This document shows, piece after piece, positions 11,004 to 24,260 of a DNA stretch of 64,000 bases (position 1 is the first letter of the stretch; each line of letters starts with the position of its first letter). Source of the stretch: Octopus sinensis (lineage: Eukaryota); NCBI RefSeq assembly GCF_006345805.1, contig NW_021831989.1:62001-126000 (forward strand). Reading direction: 5' to 3'. A program made the position numbers and the translations under genes. The notes under the pieces were generated by a model. That model made no database searches and was not told where the DNA came from. It saw only the letters and a list, made by a program, of their open reading frames with translations.

Positions 11004-14000
11004 TTTTTTTTTTTTTTTTTTTTTAATTTATACAAACAAGACAAAAATTACAGATAGCTAAGTTAGTTAAAGGCCTCACGAGACACCCGACCAGCCGCGC
11101 GAATGGCGAAGACGTTCCCTCGGATCACAGCAATCGACAGACGTTCCAGGAGCCAAGAAAACTCTCTTGGATCGTGACTAGTCCTTGAAATCCGTCGACC
11201 GAGCGAGCGAAGGAAGCGGAGTGTCTTGGGACCGAAGATCCCGGAGACTCCAAGGCAATTGGAGTAAAGAGCAGCGAGTTGGACAGGTGCCCGTACTTGA
11301 GAATCTTTCGCTCCTCGGCCTGCCTGGAAGCGTGCCCAGGATTGGCGGCGGACAGCGCGAGATTTCCCAGCGAGAACGTGTCCGAGCAGGTAGAATCCCA
11401 AATAAGGGATTTCCCCTGCTCGTAGGGGAAGGTGGACATGCCGTCAGGGCGTTTGCCATCCCCTCTATCCAATCCAACAGGTTCAAGGATAGACGGGATG
11501 CCTGCTGAGGCGAGGGCTCTCTGTACGACTGAGTTGAGTTCACTGTGACGGGGGGCACGACCGGCACTCCGCCGGCAAGCGAGGGGATGCAAACCGTACT
11601 CGTCAACAGTTCCCCCACAACGGCATTTGTGCGACTGGCAGATTTTCAGCCCGACACGGAGGGAGATTGCAATTCTTAGGCATTCCTTGTCCAACAGGTT
11701 CCCGATGGAAGGGAGAGGGAGAGCCTTTAACCAGACACCGCTGCTTTCACAGCGACCTGCACGGAGGCAAGCGACACGGTGTTGATTGGAGACAGGAAGC
11801 AGGCCTTCGAAGATTGCCTGACAAGAGATTTCGTCCCATTGGCGCAGTACAGATTGAGAGTTGGGCAGCTTCGAACCAAACCGAGCCTCCCACCGACCAC
11901 GGGCTGCAGAGTAAACTTCAGACAATTTCCGTTCGGGGAGGTTTCTAAGAACGATGTCTGAGAGAGTACGAGAAGCGTGATGAGCGGATAGGAATGCCGG
12001 GAGGGCAAGATCGGAATAGGATCTCAAGCCAAGGCCACCCCAGCGCACAGGCAGGGATGCCTGAGTCCAGCCTGGATCGTCGAAAGCCAGATTGCAAAGA
12101 GAGCTCGTACCGAGCCTGAGGATATTGTCAAGGTCGGAAAGAAGGTCGCCTCTTTGAAAGCAGGGTGCACATCTTAGGGTGTAAAGGATCTTAGAAACGG
12201 AGAAGTGGTTTCGGAGGAGGAAAAAAGCCACATGAGGCTCGATGACTTTAAGTTTGTCGATCATTTTGGATAAGTGGGAAATTTTTCCAGCGAGTGAGCA
12301 TTCGAGGGCAGAAGGCCCCATGGGGGCACCGAGAATCGTAAGATTTGATTTGTCCGTAATCCGGACGTCTGAGAGAATGCCTCGGCACGTGGAAATTGAA
12401 GCAGTGAAGTCACTCGGATTTAAGGCAATGTTCACGATTTCGGATTTATTGGCGTTTATAGATAGGCCGATGTCCGAGAGGGAAGGGAGGATAGAACGAA
12501 GGTCGTCGAAAACAGCGTCGGGGGGACCGCAAATGGTTGCGTCATCCAGATACCATATGTTAACTGGGGATCGAACAGAGTGAGCGATACTGTTAACGCC
12601 CAAGGCAAAAAGGACAGGACCCAGGGGATCTCCCTGTTGGACCCCGGTGGCCGAAGAGATGGGAACATCGTCGAACATGAGGATACTCGGAGAAGCGTAT
12701 GAGAGATGTACAAGGGGATAAGCGAACGGAACCAGTTCGCGACAGCACTCCAGCAGGTGGTCACGTCTGATGGAGTTGAAAGCGTTTGAGACGTCTAGTT
12801 TGACCATGATAGCCGACTGGGAAGATTCGATGAGTTCACGGAGAGAATGAACGGCCGCTTTGCAGCCGTTTGGGACACCGACCCCGAGTTGGGCGGGGAG
12901 AAACACTTGAGACAAAAAGGGGACAATTGCGTGGCACAGAAGTTTGGCAGAGAGCCTCCGAAGATATTCCCAACGGCAATGGGTCTCACGCCGTTGTCCT
13001 TTTTCCAAGGGCAGTAAGGTTGGCGGAAAAGAAAATATCACGAGCAAAATCGGGGAGGGAACCGGAGATGAAGCGGTTGCACAGGTTGGTAATTGAGCGT
13101 AGGAGTTTTCGACCAGCTTCGGCGGTAGTGGGAGACGTCAGGTCTTTCAGATGACCTGGTCTCAGACCATCTACACCACCACTGCTTCCAGGTGAAAAAT
13201 CCCTCAGGGCTTTCAGTACAAGAGTTTCCGAGACAGCAAAAGGATTGAGAGCGAGGGTGTCAGGGGACGGCTGAGGCCTGAAGTCGTTTGGCTGAGGGGG
13301 ATGTTTTTCCCTGAGGGAATTCAAAACAGCAGGGGTCGTGGGCAAAAGGGGACTTGTCGAGGCAACCAGCCTAACTGCACCACGAACGTCGCCGTCCAAG
13401 AGTTTACTATTAATCTTTCTGTTGAGGTAGTCGACGTCATTCGCGTGAGAGGACACATTATGGGATGGTGAACCACAGGGAAATTCGGAGCTAGCGAGGT
13501 GGTCCCGCAGCCAGCGGATGGAAAAAGAGTTCTTATCGTACAAGGCCAATTCTTGTTTGACGGTTGTAGCCAGCGAAATGGAGGAGGTTTTCACACGGGC
13601 TCTTAATGGGGCAAAACCGAGACCAAAAGAGGCGAAGCAAAACAGCTTAAGCCAATCGGAATGGCCATCAGATGCCAAAGCCTTATCGATTGCGGCGGAC
13701 AGGGAGGAGGCTGCAAAGATACGCGCAGCTTTTGGGATTCTGGATGGGATTTTCCGGAGACGACGGAAGAGCTTGATAGATTTGAGAACTTCCTCGGCAG
13801 ACGGGGATGTTGCGAATGGCGGTTTTTCGGGGAATTCTTGCGGGCTGGAACACTGAACCGGCTGGCAAGAGCGGCAGGAAGGACAGTCCCAAATTAAGAG
13901 AGAGGCAGAAACGCGCCTGGAAAGACGCACGCAAGAAAGGTGGAAGAATCTGTCGCAACTAGAACAGACTCTCCCTTTCTTGCGGTTGTTACTAACTTCG

Positions 14001-14046
14001 CAAGTAGAGCATAGAACAGAAGTGGGTTGGAAACAGAAAGACATAG
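11004..14046 (-). mobile_element. CRE-clade non-LTR retrotransposon, family A copy 1 (PHD + RT + RLE), 5' UTR-truncated
   Basis: ATG 14044, stop 11063. Motifs GVDGLRPGHL, RPIAVG, QLGVG, KLDVSNAFNS, GVQQGDPLGP, WYLDD, RHSELN, KRPDG..WD. Poly(A) tail (T run 11004-11024). 15-bp TSD AAAGAGGTGTTAAAT at 10990-11004 and 14047-14061. Confidence 0.95.
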
Positions 14047-15218
14047 AAAGAGGTGTTAAATGTAATTGATTTTTCATAATTTAGTTAACAAATGTAGAAT
14101 GTCCCAAGGCGGAGTTTTCCCCAAAATAAAGTCCACCGCAATTTTACAAAAGACCGCCGTTGATTCGATTCCCAACCTACTTTTCATATTTTCAATAAAT
14201 CGCTATTCTTTGTAAAACTTCCTTGGTGTGTTGCCATACCATGGCCTTCATATATCGCGGATATGTTGTGACGAAACCAGACAAAACTAAATGCTATAAG
14301 TCAGTGTTTCGCACCCCCAAAAATTTTAAAAAACCAACCCGGCACCCGCATTTTTAAATCTAATAGAGAATATTATTTTAAAAATTAGTTAGGTTCCTCG
14401 AAATTTTTTTGCCTTTTAGTTTTAATTAATTCTTCGAAACGCGATATTTTGTTCGCTAATGGAGTTCTGAGGTCGTTTTCAGGGCTAAAAGAGTTTCTGT
14501 TCTTATTTTTTTATATAGTGGGGATAAAATCCAGATTTACATAGTCAAGTTGTTGCAAATGATACCCGAATCTGAGTGATTTCTTTGCAAGTTTCAGAAA
14601 CCCTACTTGCAAACCGCAACAAAAACCTCCAAAGAATTTGAGTTGTAAAACATTTTCTGCGATGTAGATGTTTGCAATTCAATTAACTTGTCTTTAACTT
14701 CTTTTTTACCATCTATATTTTTTATTTTGAATACGAACGGATTAATATGATACAAAGAACAATGGCGTCATCATAATCAATACATAATGCTTTGAAAATC
14801 TATGATTCAAAGCTCTTCCTCGAATAAAATTTACTATTTTGATACATTCATTTAAAACATCTTTCATGCAAGTGCATGTCAACAAAGAACACAGTGAGTA
14901 ATCTTTACATTTGGAACATGTAAATAAGTTGCAAACCCCGACCTATTTCCTAACATAACTAGAGGCCTAAATTGATCCGATAATTTCCAATGGAATATAA
15001 TGTGCATTAAAAAGTATCAAGTATATGGAAAACATTTTTTGCAGACTTCTTTTTAGAAAGGTTTACAAAAAAAAATTTCGGCAATTAAATTTCCTTACAC
15101 ATAACGAACAAAGGCAAATAGTTGACTGCAATTAGCAACATCAGTAGATTCAGCAAACTACATTTAAATCTTGATGGAAACATTCTTTATGCCCGAAACA
15201 ACACGACTAAGAATATTA

Positions 15219-17066
15219 TGTCGCGTCCCACACGAGCTACCCATCCCATGGTGATTACATGTCACCTGTAAATAAATAATAATGCCTGTCATGGTGACTG
15301 TCAAATTTAATAATTAATTTAATTCCAGATGATATCGATCGCAATCTTGCGAGGTAACTCGCTTGCAATCCGAGGTGCAGCCACTGCTGACTCTTAATTA
15401 GCCATTTTGGTTAAGTTTTTTTTTTCGATTGAAAAAAAAATTTAATTGCATTGATTTCTAATCAATAATCGTTTCAACAATAAAAATTTATTAAAATAAA
15501 GCGTCTACGTTTTTTTAACTTGATTCATATTAACTATTTTAGACTTCCCTAAACTTGTTTTAATCTGTTAAATAAAATAATAATAAAATAGACCTCTAGT
15601 CGATTGTTTGACAAAATTTGAACAACTTCAGCAGGTTCTCCATATGGGGATTCAAATCGGTTTAGCCTTAGGGAAGGATTTGTCCCAAAATCCTTTAGAA
15701 CTCTAACCTAACAATTATTCACTAAAAATACTCCGCTCCCAATTGAACAATCGTATTTCGATTGATGAACATTCATTTTTTTATTCATGCGTTTAAAATA
15801 TGGTGAATTTAAATTAGGTGGAGAAAAATTCAATATAAAATCACTAGCATCCAAGTTGTCTAGCATATGTTATTCAAAATTTACCTGAAACATCTAAAAT
15901 ATTTTCTACATCCATATCCTCTGATGATACATGATAAAAATCATCCGAACACTCACTTTCTTTGAAATTAAACAAATTAAAAAAACTTTTATCATCATGA
16001 ATGACAGAGTTTATACCAGAAACTCCTCTTAGTTTTTTAAATGGTGTTTCATTTATAGAAGAATGAATAGTCGTGTTATATGTAAAAGTGCTTCGTTTAA
16101 TAAATTGGATCTAGTTTTTAGTTGATTCTTCACTCATCAGCTTTGAAAGATTTCGTGTTAAAGTTTGATTAAATCTTTCCACGATACCCTTAAACAGATA
16201 AATATTGTGTCATTACTTGTGATTGAGGATGATTTGGTCTTCCGTAAATATGTTGGATTTTGTTTTTCGTGCAAAAAGAATCGAGATATTTATTCCTAAA
16301 CTCAGTTTCATTATCTGTTTGTAGAATCTCGCAAAAGCCGATTTCTAAACAAATTTCTTTGAAAGCCTCACAAATATCTAAATTCCAATATAAAACATAA
16401 ATATACTTATTGCAGATTTATTTTTAACTCCTTTACAAATAACATACTTACTGTAAACATCAATGACGGTAAATATCCATTTGTAGCCATCGTTCGAATC
16501 GTTAAATTTTTTAACGTCTATAAGGTCTGCTTGGAATCGTTCATTTGGTCTTTTGGCAATCACATGGTACTTAGAATCTGAAACCTGCTATATAAGTTTT
16601 TTATTTTATACTTTAAGTGGAATGGAAAACTTGCATATTGAGCACTCTTTGACGACTCGTTCGATAATTTTACGCTTTATTGTAAAATAGGAGTGTAAAC
16701 ATTCCTGTTGCAGGAGGTATAAGCAGTCATCAATGACAATAAATTTAGTGGATTTTTTAGTTAATTTATATTTTATTTGTCTTGAAGATGTCTGTACAGG
16801 TTGGCCATTTAAAATATTGACTATAGTATGATATTTTGAGATATTTTTTACAAAACCTATTATTACATATACAGGGGAATACATTTTAAAGAGGACATGT
16901 TGAAAATTGAATAATAACGCTAAAAATATTAAATATGCCCACACGAGTAACGAATGATTAAACCACATTAATTATGACATCTGACAGCCAATGACCTCGT
17001 AAAAATGATTGATTGACAGGTGACATGTAGCCAGCATGGGATGCGTAACCACCATGGGACGCGACA
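15219..17066 (-). mobile_element. Ginger2-type DNA transposon (Gypsy-like integrase), decayed
   Basis: Imperfect TIRs TGTCGCGTCCCA..ACATGTCACCTGT with TGT..ACA ends; 5-bp TSD TATTA (15214-18, 17067-71). Integrase remnants VKECSIC, RPNERFQADLID..VIDVYSKY, LQTDNETEF, GIVERFNQTL. Confidence 0.88.
15335..15395 (+). mobile_element. CRE retrotransposon 3'-end remnant inside the Ginger2 element
   Basis: ISIAILRGNSLAIRGAA matches LSIAVIRGNVFAIRAAG at the C-terminus of CRE family A. Confidence 0.7.
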
Positions 17067-17686
17067 TATTATCACCGTTACAATTAGTTCTATTCCAGAT
17101 AGAATTATTGTACAAAAGAATCTGCTGCAATTTTTGTAAGGCACCTGAACCCAGAACTGTTATCACAATTTCCAATGCACACGGTTTAATAAGAGTCTCC
17201 GCAATAATATGCGGGTTTTTGGATTTTGTATCTTCATATGCTACCTGGAATGATGCTAAAAGTAGTAGTTTGTCAATGGAGGTAAATCCATGCTTCGGAA
17301 GCGTTCTTTTGATATCGTATCGCACCCTTTTAGCCTTCAAACATTCTAAGTCATCTCCTGAACGATTTATTCCCTGGTGCATAGACATAAAATGTTTGTT
17401 CAGTTTTGATGGTCTCAAATTAGAATTCGAAAAAAATTGCATCACAAAGCATGCATTGGAGTCGATCGATTCCATTAATAATTATCTTTGTAAAACCACA
17501 ATCAACAGTCTTCTTCCCATTTTCGAATTTTAACACACGCTAACATAAATACCACGAGTTTTTAATGATATATTTTAAGAAATATATTAAATTTTCAAAA
17601 TCATTCCTGGCACCTCCTCAATCGGGAAGCACTGTTAGAGCTTCTCGGGATGATTGACATTTTTTCGGATACAATTTTTGATATGT

Positions 17687-17878
17687 CGGGCTCGATTATT
17701 TGTGTAGTCCCGACTTTAATCAAAGCCGATAAATTTTTATCTGTGATTTGTGTTTTATAAACATTTTTTGATAATTTATTAATGAAAAAAGTTTTTCACG
17801 GGCTCAATTATTTGTGTAGTCCCGACTTTAATTAAAGTCGATAAATTTTCATCTGTAATTTGTGTTTTTATGAACATA
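17687..17878. repeat. Direct repeat, ~75-bp unit, 112-bp period
   Basis: cgggctc(g/a)attatttgtgtagtcccgactttaat.aaag.cgataaatttt.atctgt.atttgtgtttt at 17687 and 17799. Confidence 0.85.
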
Positions 17879-17959
17879 TGTCGAACAAACATAGCAATTA
17901 TTTTGGTAGCAAATTTTTAAATTGTTTAAACTTTAGGAAAATGCGTAAAAAACAGGTAT

Positions 17960-18514
17960 TCCAACCTCCAAATATTTAGCTTTTTAATATAAAATCCGAT
18001 TGGATCTCAAACAATTGTATTTATAAACTTTTATCTGCATTTGAATCATTGAAAGCGAATTGTGCTTTAAATATTGAAAATTCGTGTTCGAAAAACGAGA
18101 AATCATCAAATCTTTCCTAAAATTTCTTTAACAACAAATCCAGTTTTCTCTCAAACTTGAAGAAATTCATTACAGTATGTACAATTGATATCATCTTGAC
18201 AACTGAGTGATGAGCTTGTTTTGCCCTATAATTCCAAATTAAGGTCGTTCAAATGTGTAGTAATATTAATTGCAAAAACAAAATCTTGGATCCAAGATTC
18301 ACTTTTTATCTTGTATGTCTTTTGGGTTTTAATTTGCATAAATAAAATTATTTCCTGTTTTAACAGATAAATTTTTTTGACAACTTTGTGAATCGATAAC
18401 CAATGCAATTTGTATTTTATAGGCATAAAATTGAACTGCACGGTACTGTTGCATTACTCCACTAAACGCTACTGTTGAACATAAGGCTCGCGGGCTGCAC
18501 GTTTGATATCCTTA
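17960..18514 (-). mobile_element. hAT transposase fragment (GTF2IRD2/EPM2AIP1-like region)
   Basis: LHWLSIHKVV..LKQEI..F..W..DF.F..NITTHLNDLNLEL*GK; hAT-terminus-like cgcgggctgcacgtttga near 18490. Confidence 0.65.
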
Positions 18515-18781
18515 GTCTATACTCGAAATACTCAGTATAGACTATATATAGAGTATCTTAAAAATCAAACATAGATCCAAATTTCACATTAAAAATCTGT
18601 GCACACTCGAAATTCAAGATTAAATGTTCAGTTTATGACTTCATTAAAACTAATTTAGAGGTTATGAAAGATTTAAAATGTTCAGCTCATTTACTAATTT
18701 GATTAAAAATCCATAGATTTTTAAAATTTATAAGAAAATAAAATGAATAAACGTCCAAAAAAATTAGTAAACGTTAGTGAG

Positions 18782-20674
18782 CTATAACATGTTTGCTTGT
18801 GAAGAAATGTATTTAATTTGTTTCTGTTTTCTTTCTTTCAAATAATTTTTGATTCTAATAGCTGGAAGGAACCCTATTGGGACGCCGACTAATATTATAA
18901 TAACTACAACAAAGCCAGGTGGATACTCTGTTTTCATCATATTTCCCTAAAGTAATAAAAATCGTAACTGAACTGTTTCTCTAATATATCTGCTGTACTG
19001 AAGTCCATTTATGAATTTGTTTATTAAGAGTGAACTGAGGATGAGCACCATAAATAGAGGAGCCACGAACTTTACTGTATACTTGTACAACAAACCAGGA
19101 GTTCGTCCCGTTAGCTGTTTCATTTCCTCATTAAAACTAAAACTTATTATTATTTGCAAACGCGTCAATGTCCACAAAATAAGCAAAGAATATAAATTCC
19201 AAAAAAATGATAAAAACAATTGTATAACTTGCGGTGAAATCGTTAAAGAGGTCAAAGATATAAAGTCCGTTTTCTGCAATAAATATAAAACTCATCAAGA
19301 AGGACAGTCCACAAAATGTTCCTTGTCAGTTAAATTAGCTTATTACCTGACAGGATCCATTTTTTGTTAATAACCCGAGGAAGATTAATTTCACATATTG
19401 CTCCAATTACGCCTTGAATGTTTCCAATTTGTGTTCCTAGTCCGAGTGAGAAAAGCATTAGAAAGTAAAGAACAGCCCATAGTATTGGAATGTTGAACTT
19501 GGAGATCACATCGAGCATTGTTATAAAAGCAATCCCCGAACCTTGCCCATTCTAGGAATGACTAGAGTAACAAAATAAACTTGGACAGTTTTATTTTTAA
19601 TGCACTCAGTCATCATATCAGATGCTCTAAACAGTTACCAAAAACATGACTCACATTCCTGAACATAGCTGGTATGCATTAACTCCAAGAGCAATATAGA
19701 TGACCACAATAGTTAAAATAGATGTAAAAATATTAGTAGCCACAATAAGGATACTGTCCATAAGACAGTCGTTATGGCGAGGCATATAACTGGACATAGT
19801 AATAAGAGAACTTGTCCCTACGCTGAGGGAAAAGAATACTTGTCCAGCGGCATCAGCCCAAAGTTCAAAATTCTTGAACTTACTTAACTAAAAAATTATT
19901 TATTAATTTATAACATCAATATCAAACAAATATTTGATTCCACTAGAAGCACCTGTTTTTGATGCTCCATATCCCAAAAATATTGACAATACAAGATAGG
20001 GGATAAATGTGGTAAAATAAACAGCCTAAGACAGTTTTGTTATTTTATATACTTTTCCCGAAGATTTAACACCCTTGCAGACAGAGAAAAAGACAGCAAA
20101 CCAAGACCCAAAAGAAGCCAATACTAGTTTCCAATCAACGGTTCCAGACGTTTGAATATTTGGACCAACGTTGAGAAATTCGTTGAACCAAAAAGTCTGA
20201 GCTTTACTGAAAGACCCATTATGTGAAGTGGTAGTCCACTTTTCAGGGAAAAATGAAATGACCAAGAAATAAATACTCCACGCCACCAATACATTATAGT
20301 AAAGACACAGTGCTGCTGTCATCGCAACGCAGCACCACCCCAAACCGGCAAAATTTTTGTTAATTTTTTTCCAAACGTTGACTGCACTGACCTTATAATA
20401 CTGTCCGAGTGACAATTCGAGATATTGTGCTGGAATGCCCAGTGTTATCATAAAAAATATGTACGGGATCATAAATGCACCTAAACAATATCGAAATTAG
20501 TTTACTTCCGCTATGGCGAGATACGAGAAGAGGAAGACGCCATATATTGCCCAAGCCAACTGCATACGAAATACAGGACATTATATAATCCATCTTTCCA
20601 CTCCAGGACTGTCTTTCTTTAGTCTTTTCTGCTTTTTCATTGGAATTTTGTACATGATTATTTTCCACTGACAT
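18782..20674 (-). CDS. SLC6 sodium:neurotransmitter/amino-acid symporter
   Basis: RQSWSGKMDYIMSCISYAVGLGNIWRLP, GIPAQYLELSLGQY, LYYN, KGVKSSGK, WADAAGQVFFSLS, WAVLYFLMLFSLGLGTQ; micro-introns; stop 18782-84. Confidence 0.93.
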
Positions 20675-21419
20675 TTAGCGAAATTTGAAGAAAGAATATT
20701 TAAATTGCATTTTATACGAAAGCTAAATTACAGGAATTATGAATTTATTCCATTTTAGTTTATCTTTATTCGGGTTCCTGATATTTTTGTTCGAAATAGA
20801 AACTCTAAAATATGTCGTGTTGACCTAATTTTTAGACACTCCTCAATACTTACTTGTCCCCCGATTATCAAAATATAGTCAACCAGATAAAATTTCAAAG
20901 TTATTTTTTTGAAAAGATTTTGGAAATTTACTAAAAAAAGTTAGTTAAAATTTCTTTTCTTGATTGGTATGGATTTCTATTATTCTTTAGAAACTTTGTT
21001 TAGATTTTTTCATTCACAAAACCCCAAAAACGTAAAGTTAGAAGGGGCAAGCCTTCTTCAGATAATCTAAGCTTATCGACACGTTTTAAATAAGCTGAAA
21101 TTGTCGAATCAGTCAAAATTTATACATTTTTGTGTGACAACTTTTAAGAGGGTAATTGAGGTAGATAAGTCCCATTAGTTATATATTCAGTCAACTGTTT
21201 TTAAGGAGATTCTTAGTAAACAAAAGAGAAAAACTTTTAGTTTTTACGGCGCTGGGGAAATGGGATATGAAATTCTCTCTCTTAACAATTCTAAAACTTT
21301 TTTTTCTAAAAGAAAAAAATGTTAATTACTTATTATATTTCACAGACTTGGAAAATAAAAAGATGTATTTTGAATAAATTAATTTAAACTAAAAATATTT
21401 TTATACTTGTTGGTTTGAG

Positions 21420-24260
21420 ATGGACTACACTAAAGCATTAATATTACTAGACAGCTGTAAGTTCTCTTCAATAACAAATCAGACTTCCACAACGACAAGG
21501 ACGCCGACAAATATGCAGCAATTTCTTTTTGTTCTCAACTACTCACTCGCTACCCTTTCACCAAATTTGTAAACGCCGTATTTTCAAAACTAATCGACGT
21601 TTATATCGAAGGGTAATAACCAATATTAATCATAGTGATAATTTAAAACAAATCTCAATTCTACTGCTCTTTCAGGAACAACAAATTCATCTCCCAAAAT
21701 TGTGGTCCCTCGGAGATTTTACTTCCAAAATGATATCAGTCCTCCACACCAATGACCACGTAGCCAGGTCGGTCACTCTTCGGTATATTCAATTCCCCCA
21801 CCATAGACTTATTGCCACTTTTTCTCACGTTCTTACTGATTTTCGGGAGGTCAGTCAATTCATCATAGACTCCCTTGGTTCTTCCGAGTCCAACGAAATT
21901 GAAAGTGCCGCACTCGCCGCCTCTTCCTTTGCAGTCAGGCGGAGACTGTCTTCTTCAAGGTTTTCCTTAAAAAATTATTTAGTGCCCCTTCCTCACGGTT
22001 TTTTCTCAAATGGTTAATTTTAAGGAGTTTTTCTGATATTTTCAAGTTCAAAATAATAAAAATATTATTAAATTCGAATGTGGAATCGTCAAGTCGAATA
22101 CATATTTTGCATGTACTGAGGACAATGGATGCATGTTATTCCACTTTCCAACAAATATGGACCCTCTGTCGTGATCTTTACTTTTCGGTCACAGATCCTC
22201 GTCTTTCGAGTGAAATTATTTTATGCCTTACTGATATTTCCAACAAGTGTCCTTCGCTTATTATTCCCTATGTATTTCCTATATGATTTGGTAGAGTTTA
22301 TTTTTATTGGGAATATGTGACAAGAATAGTATTTCTGCCTTAAAAGCACTTGGGTCTTTACGGTTGTATTATTTTGATGTGCATGTTATTGAGGTTTTTT
22401 AATTTTATTATGTTTAAGGGAATTATTAATTGTATTTCATTGTTGTTAAATCAAGGAGAAGATGTCCTTGTGGAATGTGGATTACTCATAAGAAGGGTTT
22501 TAGAATCACATTTAGACTTCACCACATTAATCATTGGTATTTTTTATTAATAATTATTCTAATAAATATATATTTATAGATAAATTAACTAAAATCATTG
22601 AATTACTCTGGGAAAGTTCAATTTCATCTCCCCTTGCTTCTGCACATGTACTTTTGTCAGCATTTTCTCTTTCCAGTCGACTAAATGGCAGAATTGAGCT
22701 GTCATTAATGTCCCGAACTGTCGATTTTTTATCCCTTCTTGTTGCCGGAAATACTCCAATCACCGGGGATGGAGAGATGGGGGTTAATACTTTTAATTAC
22801 GAACTAGAAATTGCTTTTTTGTATATCAAAACAAGTCGATCGACTCAGTTGGCACCGTCCACTGACAATTTGGATTATTTCCCAAGTTAGATCTGAGTCG
22901 GGGGACAGATTAAAGTGTGTTCTGAGTTATCTCCCACACTCTGTCCTCTCTGCTGTCGACACAAATTGGTCCATGTTTCCCTCTTCCACAAATTTATGGG
23001 AAATGTACAAACAAGGGAGAATGTATTCCACGTGTGGTGGCTCTTTGGTTTCCGCTGTTGGAATGTTTTTTTACATTCATTCTCGGGTTTAGTTTTGACT
23101 TTGATTTCAGATTCCTGATGGGAGGTGGAAGAACTGGATATTTTATTGTGCTCATTTGTGTCAGTATCACGTCGATTTGGGGAATATAAAACACATTGAC
23201 GAGCTTTTGACTTCATGTAGGGCACTTCAATTGAAACTTATGGTTTGTTTTGGCTTATTTGATCGAAGAATGTGGAAGGAATAGAGGGATACATCACGAC
23301 TCTCAGAAATGACTTTTTATTTATTCAGAGACTCTTTGTGACTCATTTATTCATTCTTAAAACTATGGTGAGGAAATTCTCAGACAGTTTGGACTCTGTG
23401 AATGACAAATCGATGGTTGGTCGAGTTATTTATTGGAATAAAACTGTAAAAATTCATGTTTATGTTAAGTTTGAGCATCAATTTGAAGACAGTCTTCATC
23501 TTCTTTCTCAAATTGTACGTTTTCGACGACGAATGTTCGATTGTGATTCTCTTTCTGTCCAACGAGTTGTATTGTGAGTATATTACACTTTAAAGTTTAG
23601 TTTTGAAAGTGTTATTGAACATATTCTTAGATTTCTTCATATTGAGTACGCGTCTAATGGCAATGTTTAGATCTGTCGAGTTGAATGTTCCGGACAAGGA
23701 GGATTGTGTCTTTAAAGCGTGTGTTTATTTGCATAATCCCAACTTACCAGCAAAAAAACAGGCCTTGTCTGCTTTTGAGCTGCTGATATCTTCTTCCTTG
23801 GTGACTACTTGTTCAAATATTCTTCCTTTTCTGTTTGTTGAATGCCAGAGGACGAATATTAATGTACTATAAATGATGACTATAATAGTTGCATTTGACC
23901 TTGGGGATTGGAAACGAATCAAAGTTTGCATTTGGCTCGTTAGTTCCCTTAACTGTTGAGGGAACTGTCGACCAAACAGCGTCTGGTGGTGGAGTATTGA
24001 TCAGAAAAGTGATGGCATGCCGAGTTGTGATATCTCTGGTTTGTTTTATTTGGTAATATAAGAACACCTGCAAGTTATTTGAGGATACTATTCTTGTCCA
24101 TGATGGATTCTTTACTTGTTCTGTCTTATTGAGGGCGGAAACTAGTTTGGGAAGAGTTGAGGTTTTTTTATTGGATGATTCTGGAATTGAATTTAATGCG
24201 GCTAATGAGAGAACATTTGAAGTCACTTCTTATTCTACTAGTGCTTATTTTTCTATTTGA
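21420..24260 (+). CDS. INTS7: Integrator complex subunit 7
   Basis: Spliced N-terminus KALILLD..RYPFTKFVNAVFSKLIDVY..G..VLHTNDHVARSVTLR..SLGSSESNEIESAALAASSF matches the INTS7 pattern (YPFP..INSAF.KL.D.F, HSNDPVARAITLR); stop 24258-60. Internal exons not all resolved. Confidence 0.85.

Larger units (their letters stand above)
14302..17634 (-). mobile_element. Degenerate hAT (Buster/Charlie-like) transposon interrupted by a Ginger2 insertion
   Basis: LRPSKLNKHF..H, NPHIIAETLIKP, then across the insertion ..GDNI|LSRVVSGIK..ESTDVANCSQLFAFVRY and THC. Termini cagtgtttc (14302) and gaagcactg (17634). No intact 8-bp TSD. Confidence 0.8.

Noticed and set aside
19743-19755. GTATCCTT on the minus strand in SLC6 as a U12 donor
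   Set aside because: Lies within a continuous exon (MDSILIV).
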